NCBI GenBank assembly: GCA_964247055.1
Contig: OZ176050.1
Coordinates: forward strand, 14,818,001-14,882,000
From: Paragordius varius
Lineage: Eukaryota > Animalia > Nematomorpha
Direction of reading: 5' to 3'
Length of the DNA stretch: 64,000 bases
The position numbers and the translations under genes are program-made. This document shows, one piece after another, positions 1 through 13,422 of the stretch (its first letter is position 1; each line of letters starts with the position of its first letter). The notes beneath the pieces are model-generated. The model searched no databases. It was not told where the DNA came from and saw nothing but the letters and a program-made list of their open reading frames with translations.

Positions 1-1837
1 AATAATTACACCAAAACTTTATTTGAGAAAATTTGCCTGCCAGAATCTAGCAAAAACAGTAAATGTGGACTGGAATGCAGAAACATCCATGAGTGATTGT
101 TTTCAGATAAACGGTATATTACCTACATTATAGTACGAAGTTAAACTTTAAATTTAATTGCTTAAGTCGCATCAAATATAATCTTTTTATTATAATTCAG
201 ATTACCGTGACTCGCTGTTCCAAGACAAGCAGAGCCCTTTACTCAAAACCGATGATAGGTTCAGAGTTTTTGATGACAAATCAAACCTAAATCCCTCTTT
301 TACTTCATTAACAAACTCGGCTGCTAAAGATAATCCAATGGAACGACGATTTAACAGTTTGGGTAATGATGATCCCATAAAAATTATGGGTTTTCAGACG
401 AAGGGAAAATCTCCCGATAAAAATTGGGTTAACTGGTATCAACTCATGATAGGGTGTGTCATCTCTTTCGTTGGAGGAATAATGCTGACAATAATCATAT
501 TTGCCGTTTTTATGCGAATTCAACGTCGATATGGATCGTCCTCTCGTGCCAGCAGTTTAAGAAAATCTTCTTCCAGTTCGGTAGATTCTCCTGGCCTGCT
601 TAACAAATTCTTTTTCCCATCGACCCTTTTCCAAAACTTGCAATTGAATCATAATGGATTACTCCGAGGAACGAATCGCAGCCAAAAAGTTTCCCAATTA
701 TCGGACACTTTGCTTTTGGGCGGTCTCAATCATCGAAACGGAAGCGTTAAAAGTGATGGAATTAATGGGAATGATTCTTCTGTTTTTGTGGATTTTTGTG
801 ATCGCCACACAACTCGTCACAAACACGATAGTGGTATTATGCCCTCTTGTGAACGATGTCACAAAGCCAAATTGATCAAACCAAACTTTAGTAATAATAC
901 ATTAACATACAAGGCTATCAAGGATGTCAATGATTGTGTCTGTGATATGTATGAATTTAAACAAAATCAACAGCATATCTATGAAAGAAATTTAGATTTT
1001 AAAACGGTAAACCACGGATCAGAAAAACAAAATTTTAACATTGATCTCTACAAAAATAACTCCCACTCGCCTCCCTTATGCCATGATTGTGGGGGCGAAA
1101 AGATAGAAGACCCAACAAACACTGAAACCGTAAATTTTGACCAAAAAAGCTCTATTTACGGCGGACAATCCGATAAAAGAATTGTTGCTAATCCATCTTT
1201 AGGCATCACTGATTTATTAATGCGGCGGGAAAATACTTATATGCCATATAACTCGGCTATAAATGTTCGAAATAATGAAAGTCCACTTAATAATCAGCTG
1301 ATGTTCCAATCTGTCATTGAATATCCCAAGGACCGAACACTCACTGAGGGAATTAAAGGAGAACCTCCATCTTATAGCACACTTATACATGCCAGCAATC
1401 ATGAAACTAATCAAATTCGGCCTGCAAACTATTCCGCTGTACTCTTACAAAAGCAAAACTCAAATAATATATATACTGCCGGCTCTAATCTCATATCTAA
1501 ACATAACGAGAATGTAATGTATTATCCATTGACACACGTGCTACCTGTCAATAATCCATATAACACTTTGAATAAAAAACCCCTTCCCCCACCAAAAAGT
1601 AAAAGTGTGGCTCGAAGTTTTTCGATTCGGGAAACGAATTCATCCTTTGCTCAAACAATTAATCCAAATCAATATATGGCGACGAACACAAAATCAAGGA
1701 AAAATAATAGGAGAGAACCCGTTTTTGGGTTAAACTTACCAAATAAACCCTTGAAAAAAGAAGCTTCATTCAAAAATTATGACAAAAATCGAAGACACAA
1801 CCACTCCATTCTAAGTCCCAGTGGATATGATGAATAA
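1..1837 (+). CDS. 3' part of a gene for a single-pass (type I-like) membrane protein with a long low-complexity cytoplasmic tail; 5' end lies outside the window
   Basis: Exon 1..113 is open in frame 2 (IITPKLYLRKFACQNLAKTVNVDWNAETSMSDCFQIN). Intron 114..200 is GT...ttcAG and phase 1 (G|AT = Asp). Exon 201..1837 is open and in frame with the 499-aa ORF. Hydrophobic segment LMIGCVISFVGGIMLTIIIFAVFM is followed by the basic stop-transfer RIQRR. Stop TAA at 1835-1837. Family not recognised. Confidence 0.8.
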
Positions 1838-2081
1838 CATGCCAAACTTTGGAAACATCTTTAAGTCATAACATTATTCAAATAACTAAATTTACGATAG
1901 AATAATATATTGAATTTTTTCAAATAATTTATATAATTATGCATTTATTAGAAATTACAGAAATTAAATTCCAAACTTCATAGTCATTTTTATATTATTA
2001 TCTAATAATAAATAACTATTTTTATATGGAGAGTTTTATTATTATCAACGCCATAATTTATTGAATATTAAACATATAAAC

Positions 2082-2392
2082 CAGAGATGCCCAACACAAG
2101 TCCGCGAGCCGCCCTGACCAAAAATTAGCGGCGGGCGAGGTTCGAAAAATAAACCGACTTTGATAGTTATTTTATTAGAAACATATAAAATTGCAAAATT
2201 GCTAACTTAATATGAGTACTATTTTTTTCCAATTTTTATTTCGTTCCCCAAATTTGGAAATATTCTGAAATTGTTAAAGTATCATTTTAATATAAAATTA
2301 TTAAATAACTAGCAATTAGATTTGCGTATTATGTTTTTTCATTATTTGGAAATTTTTTAAAATTTTCGTCGCCCGCCTGTTGGACCTACCTG
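2082..2392. mobile_element. hAT-like non-autonomous element (MITE), related to the 10356-10526 copy
   Basis: Left end CAGAGATGCCCAACA and right end TGTTGGACCTACCTG are imperfect inverted termini resembling CAGGGGTGTCCAACAC of the 10356 element. No direct target-site duplication is seen. Confidence 0.45.
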
Positions 2393-2674
2393 GTTTATAT
2401 AATAAAGTAATATTTATGGTATGAAGCATTTCATTTTTACCGAAAAATTTTATTTAGCAAAATGAGTGCACGTTTGCCATTTTCTGATATTTAGCAAATA
2501 CTACAAAAGTGCAATAACTTTTAACCACTCGTTTGTCCCTAAATTAAAAGTCTCATTAATGTACCTATCAAAAAATATAATCATCAATTTTTTACCTCTG
2601 ATTAACAAGACATCAAAAAATAACATATAAACTTTTCTTTATAATTCACTACTATAAAAAAAATCTTGATGATA

Positions 2675-4692
2675 TCTATATATTTATAAAAGAAAGTGGT
2701 GGCTTTGTGATCTGTTTCCGGAAAACCGTTAAACCATTCAAAGCCAAATGTCGGAGAAATATAATCATTAATAAATCCCCCGACAAAGCTTCGCTTTTTT
2801 GAAAACCCCCAGGTCGGGCCCACCTCATGTAAAAAACGGTTTTTTTTTCAAAAGACAAGTCCACAAAAATCGTGTCTGAGACAATTTTCCGGACCATTCG
2901 ATTAATATCCTTTATATTTATTTTTTTTCGATGCGCCGAACATAGTTGGCTCGATTTTTAATTTAGGCCGTCTTTTTTACCCAGCTCCCCCGTAAAATGC
3001 CATAAAAATAATTTTTTGAACCTATTTTTTGCCCAGGGTAAAGGGCCGTAAATGGGGATCCCAGATAATTCCGGTTAAAAGGCTAAAATTTTAGTCGTGC
3101 GTTTTTTTATATTGGCTGCTAAGGAAATACCCGTAAAAACTGCCCTATCATATTAAATTGCGTGCCTTTGGGGCTAAATTTCAGAAATCAGGCCATATGT
3201 TCAATAGGTGTTTAGAATATTACCCGATACGGTTTTTTAAATTAGCCGTTAATTAAGGCCTTCACGCTCTGAAAAATGCGCCATAGAATGATTTTTTAGT
3301 TTTGAGGCAATTTTTCTAAAAACTAATTATTCTCCGTAGAAAGGCAAATAATTTAAGCCCTTTTATCATCTGGGTAGAGAGCTTCCCGCCTAAAACTGCG
3401 TCATCATATTGATTTTGCGTTGTTTAGGAATTAATTTTCAGATTATCAGGCCATATGAGTTTAGTAAGTGCCTGAAATATTACCCGTAAAAGTGCAAAAA
3501 TTTAAGTTGAGCGGTTTTTTAAATTAGTTGTTAATTAGACCCTTTACGCCCTAAAAAATGCGCTCATTGAACTATTATTTAGTTTTGAAGCCATTCTTCC
3601 AAAAATTAAGAACATAAGGAATGAATGATGATTCCAGTTATTCTTCTATAAAGCCAAATTTTCTCTTTTTTAAATTTGCCTCTTGGTAGGGGGCTAACCG
3701 CCTACAACTGCGCCACCATATTGATACAGCGTGAATTTGGAGGCAAATTAAAACTTATCAGGTCATATGAGTTCAATAAGCGCTTGAAATATTACGCGTA
3801 AAAAGGCAAAAATTTAAGTAAAGCGGTTTTATTAAATTACCCCTTAATTAGGCCCTGTCCTGAAATATGCGCCACCATAGAATGACTTTTTGATACAAGT
3901 ATTGCCCAAATTAAGTCAAAAATTTTAATCGAGCGTTTTTTTGTTTCGCCCCTGGTTAGGGGGCTACCCGCGTTAAACTGCGTCCCCATATCGAAGTATG
4001 CCTTTAGAGCCAAATTTCAGAAAACCTATGAGCTAATAGTAACATATGGAATCCATGATAATTCCAGATATTCTCCAGATAAAGGCAAAATTTTGCTCAA
4101 CGCTTTTTTTTATACCTGCCCCTGGGTAAGGAGCTACCCGAAAAACTGCGCCACTATATATAAATTGCTTTGTTTTGGAGCTAATTTACAGAAAATTTAT
4201 GAAGCCATATGAGCTCATTAAGCACTTGAAATAACCCACTAGTTAAAAATTATGGCCAGGCGTTTTTTTATTAGCCCTTGATTGGGGTTTTGATGCTCTA
4301 AAAATAAGCCATCATATAAAGATTATTTAGTGTTGAGGTTTTCGAATAACCCATGAGACGATGGTATCAAAGATGATTCCGAATACAAAGAAAATTCAGC
4401 GCTTTTTCCATATAGGTCTATGGGTAGGGTGAACCGGTTTAAAACTGAGACACTATACAAATATAGCGTGGTTTTGGAGCTAATTACCAAAAAACTTAAG
4501 AAGCCATACGATTTCAATAAAGGCTTTAAATAAACCCAGAAAATGGTAAGAAATATATTATAGCGGTTTTTTCCGTTAGCCGTCAATTTGGGCCCTTCAC
4601 CAGTAAACAATATATACTTATAAATGAAAAGTTTAGAAAATTCCATGAGATCATAACTATTAAATAATGTTTGGATATATGCCACATATATG
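2675..4692 (+). mobile_element. Non-autonomous, possibly Helitron-like element with internal degenerate tandem subunits
   Basis: Both ends (2675-~2800 and ~4320-4692) recur in inverted orientation at 30413-31219. The interior has degenerate ~170-320 bp subunits, with anchor motifs such as AACTGC(G/C) recurring near 3099, 3393, 3706, 3976 and 4143, plus GCCATATG and GCGGTTTT. The 5' end reads A|TCTATATATTTATAAAA, a Helitron-like TC start. No clean 3' CTAG/hairpin was found. Confidence 0.55.
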
Positions 4693-4916
4693 CATCACAT
4701 TTTGTTGAGCCCTTTTTTCAAATAGCGTATTTTAATTTCAAAAAAGATATTTAACGCTAATTGAGGAATAAAAATATACGAATGTTGAGTTAATCGTTTA
4801 ATATCGTAGGAATATGATTTTTTAATTACCAAATGAAATTCAACATTTGCTTAATAATCTTTTTGATCGAAATCAATGATAACGATGCTGAATATATGGG
4901 GTTTATTTGTAACATA

Positions 4917-4922
<6 letters not shown>

Positions 4923-4948
<26 letters not shown>
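4923..4948. repeat. (TA)n microsatellite
   Basis: Uninterrupted TA run read directly. Confidence 0.9.
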
Positions 4949-4954
<6 letters not shown>

Positions 4955-5306
4955 TGAGAAAGTACACTATGTATTTAAGTAGAGTTTAAATACGATTCCA
5001 TACCAACCTCTTAAACGTACATAACATAGGATTTAAAAAATATTTGAGATGTTTAACAGTTATACTTCTGCAAATGTATATCTGGTATACCAATAAAGTT
5101 TTACCTATGTATCAATCATGGTTTTAAACATTAAAAGCCATATATCAGCATTTACAAACAATTTATGTCGCCAACTATTGCGAAACATAGGCTGAAATAA
5201 ACAATTTAGTTAATTTTTTGCTTATTCTTTCTTCTTAATTCTTTATTAATTTTCTAATGAAATTATATTCTGAGTTTCAATCAAGTCAAAGTTATTGAAT
5301 AAAACC

Positions 5307-8300
5307 ATGATAAAACTGGCTAATAATTTTGGCCAATCAAAGATTTATTCATTATGGCTTATTTTTCTGATACTATTTTTCTGTATCGCCCATAGCAGAG
5401 CAGAAGAAAAGACAGATTATTCAGGTTTTTATATTTTTTTTAATAAATTATATATAAAATATTTAAATATATAATAGTTTTTTGATTATTTATACTAAAT
5501 CACAACTCCAAAATCTTATACTTCAAGTCTCACGATTTTAATAAACAAGTGAAAATTGCAATTATGCAGACACAACGTAAAAATATAAAAATTATTTTTC
5601 TCCTACTTTTATAATCTTAGATTTTCTAGTAATATATACTTTATTTGTAAAATATACAATAAAAATTGAAATTATACGGACAAAAAGTAAATAAAGACAA
5701 TTTTTTAAGTAGATAATACTTTTTTAACCCTTATATCCTTATAATACACCAAATTCCAATTGTAATTTAATAAATAATTGCGTTACCAATTTACTTCTCT
5801 ATACCATACCTTGCTGTTTAAAACAACGAGTTTAATTTCCAAAAAAGTTGTCTTTTGAAAAAAAATTTCTTTATGTTTTACTGCTGTATAATTAAATGTT
5901 TTCAATATCATCAATTACTAAAACACACTCCCAAAAATTTTATTCCACATGGTAAACTCTTGATTTCAACTAAAGAACGGCAAATAACTAAAATATTCTA
6001 GCGTGATTTATAACTTAAATAAATTACATTTTTAGAGGGGGAGTTCCATGTAACAGGAATAGTTTCTGTGGATGGACCCCAATATCCAGGGGCCGTGGGT
6101 TGGAGCCATCTTAAAACTCCTAATGACATTTTCCTTTTCACATGGAGTAAACGGACAGTTTGGATTTCTAAAATGCTAAATCTTGACGCTGAAACCAATG
6201 TAGATTCTGAAGTGGAATCGAATTCAATGGCTCATGGTCACATTACGAGTAGTTATCAAGAACTTGTGTCTGAAAATATTGAACATATTTATCAGATTAA
6301 AGTAATTTTCTCTTTTGTTTTAAGGCAGGGCAATAAGGGGGCCATCCAAAATATTTCTGGAAACTGTAAGAAATTTCAAATGCAACACTAAATATAAGGA
6401 AATTGATTTCGTAACACAATTTTTTTGAATAAGTATCTCCAGATTTTTGGCAATGAACTAGCAAATATAGATAAAATGTAATTTTTACAGTCTTGAGTTT
6501 AAAATTTTGAACATTTGTTAATTCCCATATATTTTTGCGAATGCCACCCCCGGTCGATTTATTTTACAAAAAAAGCGGCCCACGAAGCCATTTGTGTTAA
6601 ACACCCTTAAAATGTTCCAATAATAGGGTTACATACTACATGATCGCATCTACTTGGCAATAATCCGATATAATGCGGAAACTGTAATGGATTCGATATC
6701 TGCGTCCTACCTTTGCCTGTTTGAACCATTGTCACCAAGCACGCAAACTCCCAAATTATCGATCATTCAAAATTTGCCGACTCACGGGGCAGCTCACCTC
6801 GAACTGTTTTCCAAGGACGGTGAAAATTTTTTAGCCATAACTAACATGGAAATTATGGAAAGTGAAAAGCACAAGATTGAATTCGTGTAATGATCTCCTT
6901 TTTACTTTCTTGGTTTCTTATGGGTTTTCTAAGCCACATTTTATAATTGAATTACCGTTGAAAAATAAAAAAAAGCTCTTAAATTGTGAATATCTATTAC
7001 CGTAATTAATATTCATTATAAATTAAATGCCTTCGATACTCTTTTTTATAAACATTTCATTGTTCAATTTTATACGGTTAGATTTTTCTGAATTTCGAAA
7101 GCAAACTGTATATATAAGATACATTTATCTATCACTTTTTTCAGAATTTACAAATGGGATCACGCACATATGGATGTATTTATATCACGGGAATGCAGTT
7201 ATGCCATTCGAAATAAAGTTTTTACCATCGATGGCGTCTATTATTTGTTTGTTTTGCAAGAACAAGACAAAGATGGCGATTCTAGCGTAGGATCGCCATT
7301 GTACATTTTGGATTTCGGTATCACATTCATTAAATTAACTTAATAACTTTTTATAAACTTTTTTGAAGATATACAGTTTAAATGTAGTTTGCCACCCATT
7401 TAATAGCGAGATTTTCACATCTTTGTCATATAAAACGTCATTTATTGATTTCGATAAATGTTTTTGGCAAAGGGTTTAACTGCCCTATCGCTTTATTGTG
7501 ATAAGAATATCTCATAAATTAACCAAATTTATAAAAGTTATCCAAACTAAAAATAATTTTTTATTCCGCTTTTACTATCAACACATGCATGGCTTAGAAA
7601 ACAAACGGGCCCGATTAATCCAAGTGTTGGAAACGAATAAGCCTACGGATGTATCCTACATTATGCACAAAGATGTACATTATCTCATAGTTAGCAATAA
7701 TGAGGCAGGTAAGGCAAACACTGACGTTTGGGGTTGGATGTATGGTCAACAATTTGTTAAATACCAAAGTATTGAAGGTGGAAAACCGGTTCAAACTGCT
7801 CATTTCACTACTCCGGATCATCGGATTTGTATCATTATATTGGATCAAGTTAATGTAAGTTTGGTATTATATTATAATACAGAAAAAGTAAAAGAGTGCA
7901 TATCAGTGTGGTGTACTCATCAAATAAAGTGCCAAAATATTATTTTTTGCTGTCTCAAGGGGCATAATACCGATAATACTGTACACACGTTTTAAGATAT
8001 TTAAACACTCCTAATAAGTGTGATTTTTTGGTCATAAGTCAAATTTGTAAGATTTAGAGCCAATTGTCTCGAAGTCTTATGAATATTAATTATTATAGTC
8101 ATTGTACGTTTTGGGTATTTTATATGTATAATGGATAATTTCATGTAATCCTACCGGAGTTAATATTTTTAACATATATGTGTTTCTAGGCAACCCTAAA
8201 AATATATATGGAAGACATGGCAGACCTGGCTATTGATCAGGAACCAGATTTATTTTCGCAGTTTATTGAACATGCTGATATATCTACAATGACTGAAGAA

Positions 8301-11300
8301 GGTATTACTCACAGTAAAAATTGTAATTATACGGACAAAATATAAAAATATAATGACAAATTTTTTTTTCTGACAACCCAACTTTTACCCTAATTAATCA
8401 TATACCATTTAATAACGATCGTAAAATATATCATTGATTGTATTACCATTTTACGCCTCTATTTTATAATTGGCAATTCTAAACAATGAATTATAAGTAA
8501 AAAATCAAGATTTAAAAAGTATGGTTGTCTTTTGAATAAAAACATTTGTCTTTATATTTTTACGTTTTGTCGGTATAGTTTTAATTTTTCTCTAATATTT
8601 TCGTTTTGAAACCTTAATAAAAATATTTCAACTAATAAATATCGCTTATAATATATAGGCCATGAAATACCCGAATTAAGCCAAATCAATACGATTCAGG
8701 TGGGGGATATCGTATATGTAGCAGCATCTGTAAGAGATACAGCCAATGAAGAAACCTCTTTCCATCCCGTGTTTCAATTACAATTTAGCCACTCTGAAAG
8801 TTTTTTTACCATATAATGAATGATACTATAAATTAAAATTATAATGATAAATCTTTTAAATATATGTTTCACAATCGTATTTATTTATGTTATATATAGA
8901 ATTAACCAAAATTTAGGTTGCGTTATATCTTCATAATATTATATAACCAGTTTTTGTATAACAAGTATAATTTAGTGGTGATACTAAGAGGAGCGGTGTG
9001 GGGCGCCCAAGGCAAAACATGGACATTTTTTTATTTCTTTTATTAAATTTGAAATTTGTGGCCCCTTTTTTCCGGGGGGGGGGGGGTGCAGTTTATAGTT
9101 CCGCCACTAGTATAATACTAAATTTAATAACGACTAAACAAAATTCAGTATTGCTGAAATAATTTTTTTATATATTTTAGAAGTTCCCGAGCCTACCCGT
9201 CAATCGGACAGTTTGATGTCTGAATTCAAATCGCTCTATAAGTCTGTACAGGAGAGTAAATATGACACAGATGACTTGAAAAGACGTGTGGGATCCATCC
9301 TACAAAAATCTAATCCACAAAACATAACTAAAGATATTATAGTAGAAGGTATATTACATTATATCATTGTGATTATAACCGCCCATAATAAAACCAGTCA
9401 AAAACATGTGCACATATGTTTTATATTTAAAACAAATATTTTGCATTTTGGAATTAATGAGTATATTTACCAAAGCGGTCGATAAATTATTTTAAACCAT
9501 TTAAACTTAACTTTAATCAAAAACTTGGCATTTAAATATATATTTGTATCATAAAAAATAGGTGAAATATTAGTTGATGGACCCATTAAGGTAGACAATC
9601 TAATTATCCAATCTGAAAAATCGCAATTCCCAACGATTGATTTTGACGAACTTGAACAATTATCTCAAACTTGTAATAATTTAACTCAGATTTATGATGA
9701 CATTTTGTACACCAACTTGCCAGATCAACAGTTAGGAGGTAATAGACAATTAAAACAATTTTTGTTTTTTTAAAAGCTTCTAAAACATTTCTATGATTTA
9801 GAGATGATTATTCATTTACTGAATTTTTATATTAAAATATTTGGTGTTTTTACTAAATTTAAATTAAGACTTCATATCTTTAATTCTTTCCTTCATAGGT
9901 GAATACATATTTAACAAACCATCCGAATTGATTGTAACCGATGAATTTGATTGCCCCGAACTAAACGTCGAAACTGATATAAATGGAAACATTTATATTG
10001 ATAATTTGGCTAAGGATTGTTTAACAAAAAACTTTTATGACACGAAAGAATCTACCACTTACCCATTGGAAGGAGAATATGATAAAAATCCGATCATCAT
10101 AAAAGGTGCATGGTCGATTCCATCGGATAAAACTGTCTTTGCTAGTCACATGGAATATAGTCAAAAACTTAATAACTTAACCCCGAACATTGGTAATTTT
10201 ATTATAACATAAAAAGACAGAATTTGGTTTTCGAACGAAAACAGAAAACTATGATTAAAATTGATCCAACAAAATATATTTGTTATTACGAAGTTGTGAT
10301 TTGTAAATAAAATTAAAATTTCTTGCTACTTTTATGATTAAAGCTAATACTAAACCAGGGGTGTCCAACACACTTTGTTTGTTACGTTAAAGTGCTCTGA
10401 AAAATGTTAAAAATAAAAAATTGGAATCAAAAACTTACGATTTTTCAGAAGATATTTTTTTCAAATTGAGCTTAAAATAAATGAAAAAAGCAAAAGTCCG
10501 CGAAATACCTGTGTTGGACACCTCTGTACTAAAGCATAGGGTAAAAAATCAATGAATCTTCATAAAAACGTTTATGAAAGTTAGAACTGGTTCCTAAAAA
10601 TTTTATAAAAAACAAAATATATTGCCCTATCAACCAAATACGTTTTTGGTGTAGTTTTATTTTTGAAATTTACATATAAATTATCAAATTACAGCTACAA
10701 TAAGCATGGATGAAATAGCGCTGGATAGTGTTGTCTTTTCACAGGGTTTACATGTCCGGGGACAAGTTACTCTTGAAGGAACCCTCAATGGGTTAGATGA
10801 TTTTTCACCCAAAAATTATGATATAGGCAGCGACGTTATAACGGTTAAGGCTAAAAAAGTTATTCAAGGAAACTTGCGGATTACTGGGACTTTTGATGTT
10901 TTAAATGATGTTAATAAGGTATATACCATATTTTTCAGTAAAAATTGAAATTAAGCAAACAACACTTTTAAAAATTAAAATACAACCATAATTTTTGCCA
11001 AAAGACACCCATATTTTTTTAAGCCATAGTTTTTTTAAAATAACCAAGCGTTCTAATTCTTACAACCAAATTATATATTTTTTTTAAAATATGAGGTTTA
11101 AAAAGTATGGCCTTTATAAAAGGATAATTGTCTTTTATTACGTTTTGTCTGTATTTTTTCATACTGTAAAATTGGTATTAAACTATTCCATCCAAGTTAG
11201 ACGATACAAATTATATTTTATATTTTCAAATCAATTTTATTTTATAATAGATGTTGAGTCCTGAGATTTGGGTAGAAAATAATTTTATGACACTAAATAC

Positions 11301-13364
11301 GGATCAATCCATAACATCCCAACTAACATTCGCGGAAAATGTTAATTTTTCGGACATAGATGTGCAATCCACTATAAATGGCTTAAATACTCCCGATTTA
11401 TTGAATGATTTAGTCTTAACCGAAAGTGATTATGTCCTTATTACTGGTATTTATTGATTTTTTTTTCTCAAAAATTTATCCTCTGATTTTTTAAAATTAA
11501 GTTTATATACACACGAACGGGCTAATAGGTGAAAAAGTTATTGCATCCAATGTTTTAATTGTCGGAGATGCTCAATTCCGTAAGACTTTGAATGGGATCG
11601 ATTTATCCCAAGACATTATGGTACCTAGGAGTAACCCTTCAATTTTCGTAAACTATGCTTTCGTCTTCAAAAATAATGTAATCATTGAAAATGAAATACA
11701 TATTGATTTGATTTATGGTCAAGCTTTTGGTAATGATATCCTAACCAAAGATAGTCTCCAACATATAACTGGTATATAGCTTTTAATTTCTATTGACTTA
11801 ACGCTACGCATCAAAAAAGTCATTTAGGGATTTTTTTCCTTTTATTAATACACTGTATAATTCAGATATAATTAAAATTTCTTATAGGGTCATCCTTTAA
11901 TTCACCATTGTTATTACAGAAAAAATTTAAATTATATGGACAAAACGTAAAAATTAAGACAAATTTTTTTAGACAACCATATACATTTAAACCTTGATTT
12001 TTCCTACATAAAGTATATTACAATTTTTATCAAACCTTAACAATGAAATCAATAACATTTACACTTCAAATTCACCCTTAAACAATTCAAATTCACCCTA
12101 AAATATATGTGTTTTTTAAGATTAAAAATTACCAGCATTTTTTATATTTTTGAAAAATAAATTTTTTTAATCTTAAAATTATACTGAAAAATAAATACAC
12201 TAAGCCATTCAGATATATATCATATACAATTTAAATTCACCCTTAAATTCAAATTCACCCTCGTACAATAATTCACCCTCAAACAATTCAAATTCACCCT
12301 CGAACAATTCTAAATCACCCTAAAAGAAATTATGTGTTTTTAAGATTAAAAATTATCTATATTTTTTTATTATAAAAATTATATAATTACCTGAAATATA
12401 TTTAATACTGAAAAAAATAAAGTATGCCATAAGAATATATTTTTTATTAATGATGAGTTATATTAGCCCAAAAACACATAATTTATTTTTAGGGTGAATT
12501 TGAATTGTAAATGGTATATTTCATATCAATAATGTGTTATAGTAGCTCGAAAACATATAATTTATTTTTAGGGTGAATTTGAATTGTTCAAGGGTGAATT
12601 TGAATTGTTCAAGGGTGAATTTGAATTGTTCGAGGGTGAATTTGAATTGTTCGAGGGTGAATTTGAATTGTTCAAGGGTGAATTTGAATTGTAAATGGTA
12701 TATTTCATATCAATAATGTGTTATAGTAGCTCGAAAACACATAATTTATATTTAGGGTGAATTTGAATTGTTCAAGGGGAATTTAAATTGTTCGAGGGTA
12801 AATTTATATCGTTCAAGGGTGAATTTGAATTGTAAAAGGTATATTTTAATATAAGATCAATAGTAAATGCTTGCGCTTTAATTTTTGAGTTTTGTCCGTA
12901 CAATTTCACTTTATTGTAAAAACAAATTTTAAATATCATTCTGTATAGGTAACTGGCGTTTTCTGAATGATGTCGAATTTATGGTGACAACTCAATCGCC
13001 AGAAGACATTCGTAACGTGATTGAAGTAAGCCCTGGTGTAACAATCAATGAGGTTGATTTATCTGAAGGCGTGATTGGCAAATATTTTAGATCCAAAAGT
13101 CCCATGAGATTTACTCGCGAAGTTTTGTATTCTGTTCGAGATGTCAGAGTTGAAGGGAATATTACGTTAGGTTCTGAGGCCCTGATAAATGGAGAAGCGT
13201 TATCTAGGCTAACAGATGTATTTATATTCATTTTGAAAAATGATATTGGAGTTTTAAATTCTTTAAGAGTAAGCCGCAAAATATGTGAAGTGAAGTTACA
13301 TTTATAGAGGCATCAACTACGATATAAAAATTATTATCCATAAATATGATTTAGATTCTATTCA

Positions 13365-13422
<58 letters not shown>

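Noticed and set aside
4323-4685. 120-aa minus-strand ORF, and 30840-31064
   Set aside because: Both lie in the dispersed repeat, and the frame is not preserved in the other copy.
7027-7290. ORF-track protein MPSILFF… as the coding frame
   Set aside because: The phase-consistent exon 7145-7317 uses another frame (IYKWDHAHMDVF…), which continues the EAR repeat.
12490-12844. CRISPR-like array reading of the short direct repeats
   Set aside because: The repeats are head-to-tail with no unique spacers, there are no cas genes, and the context is a eukaryotic intron.
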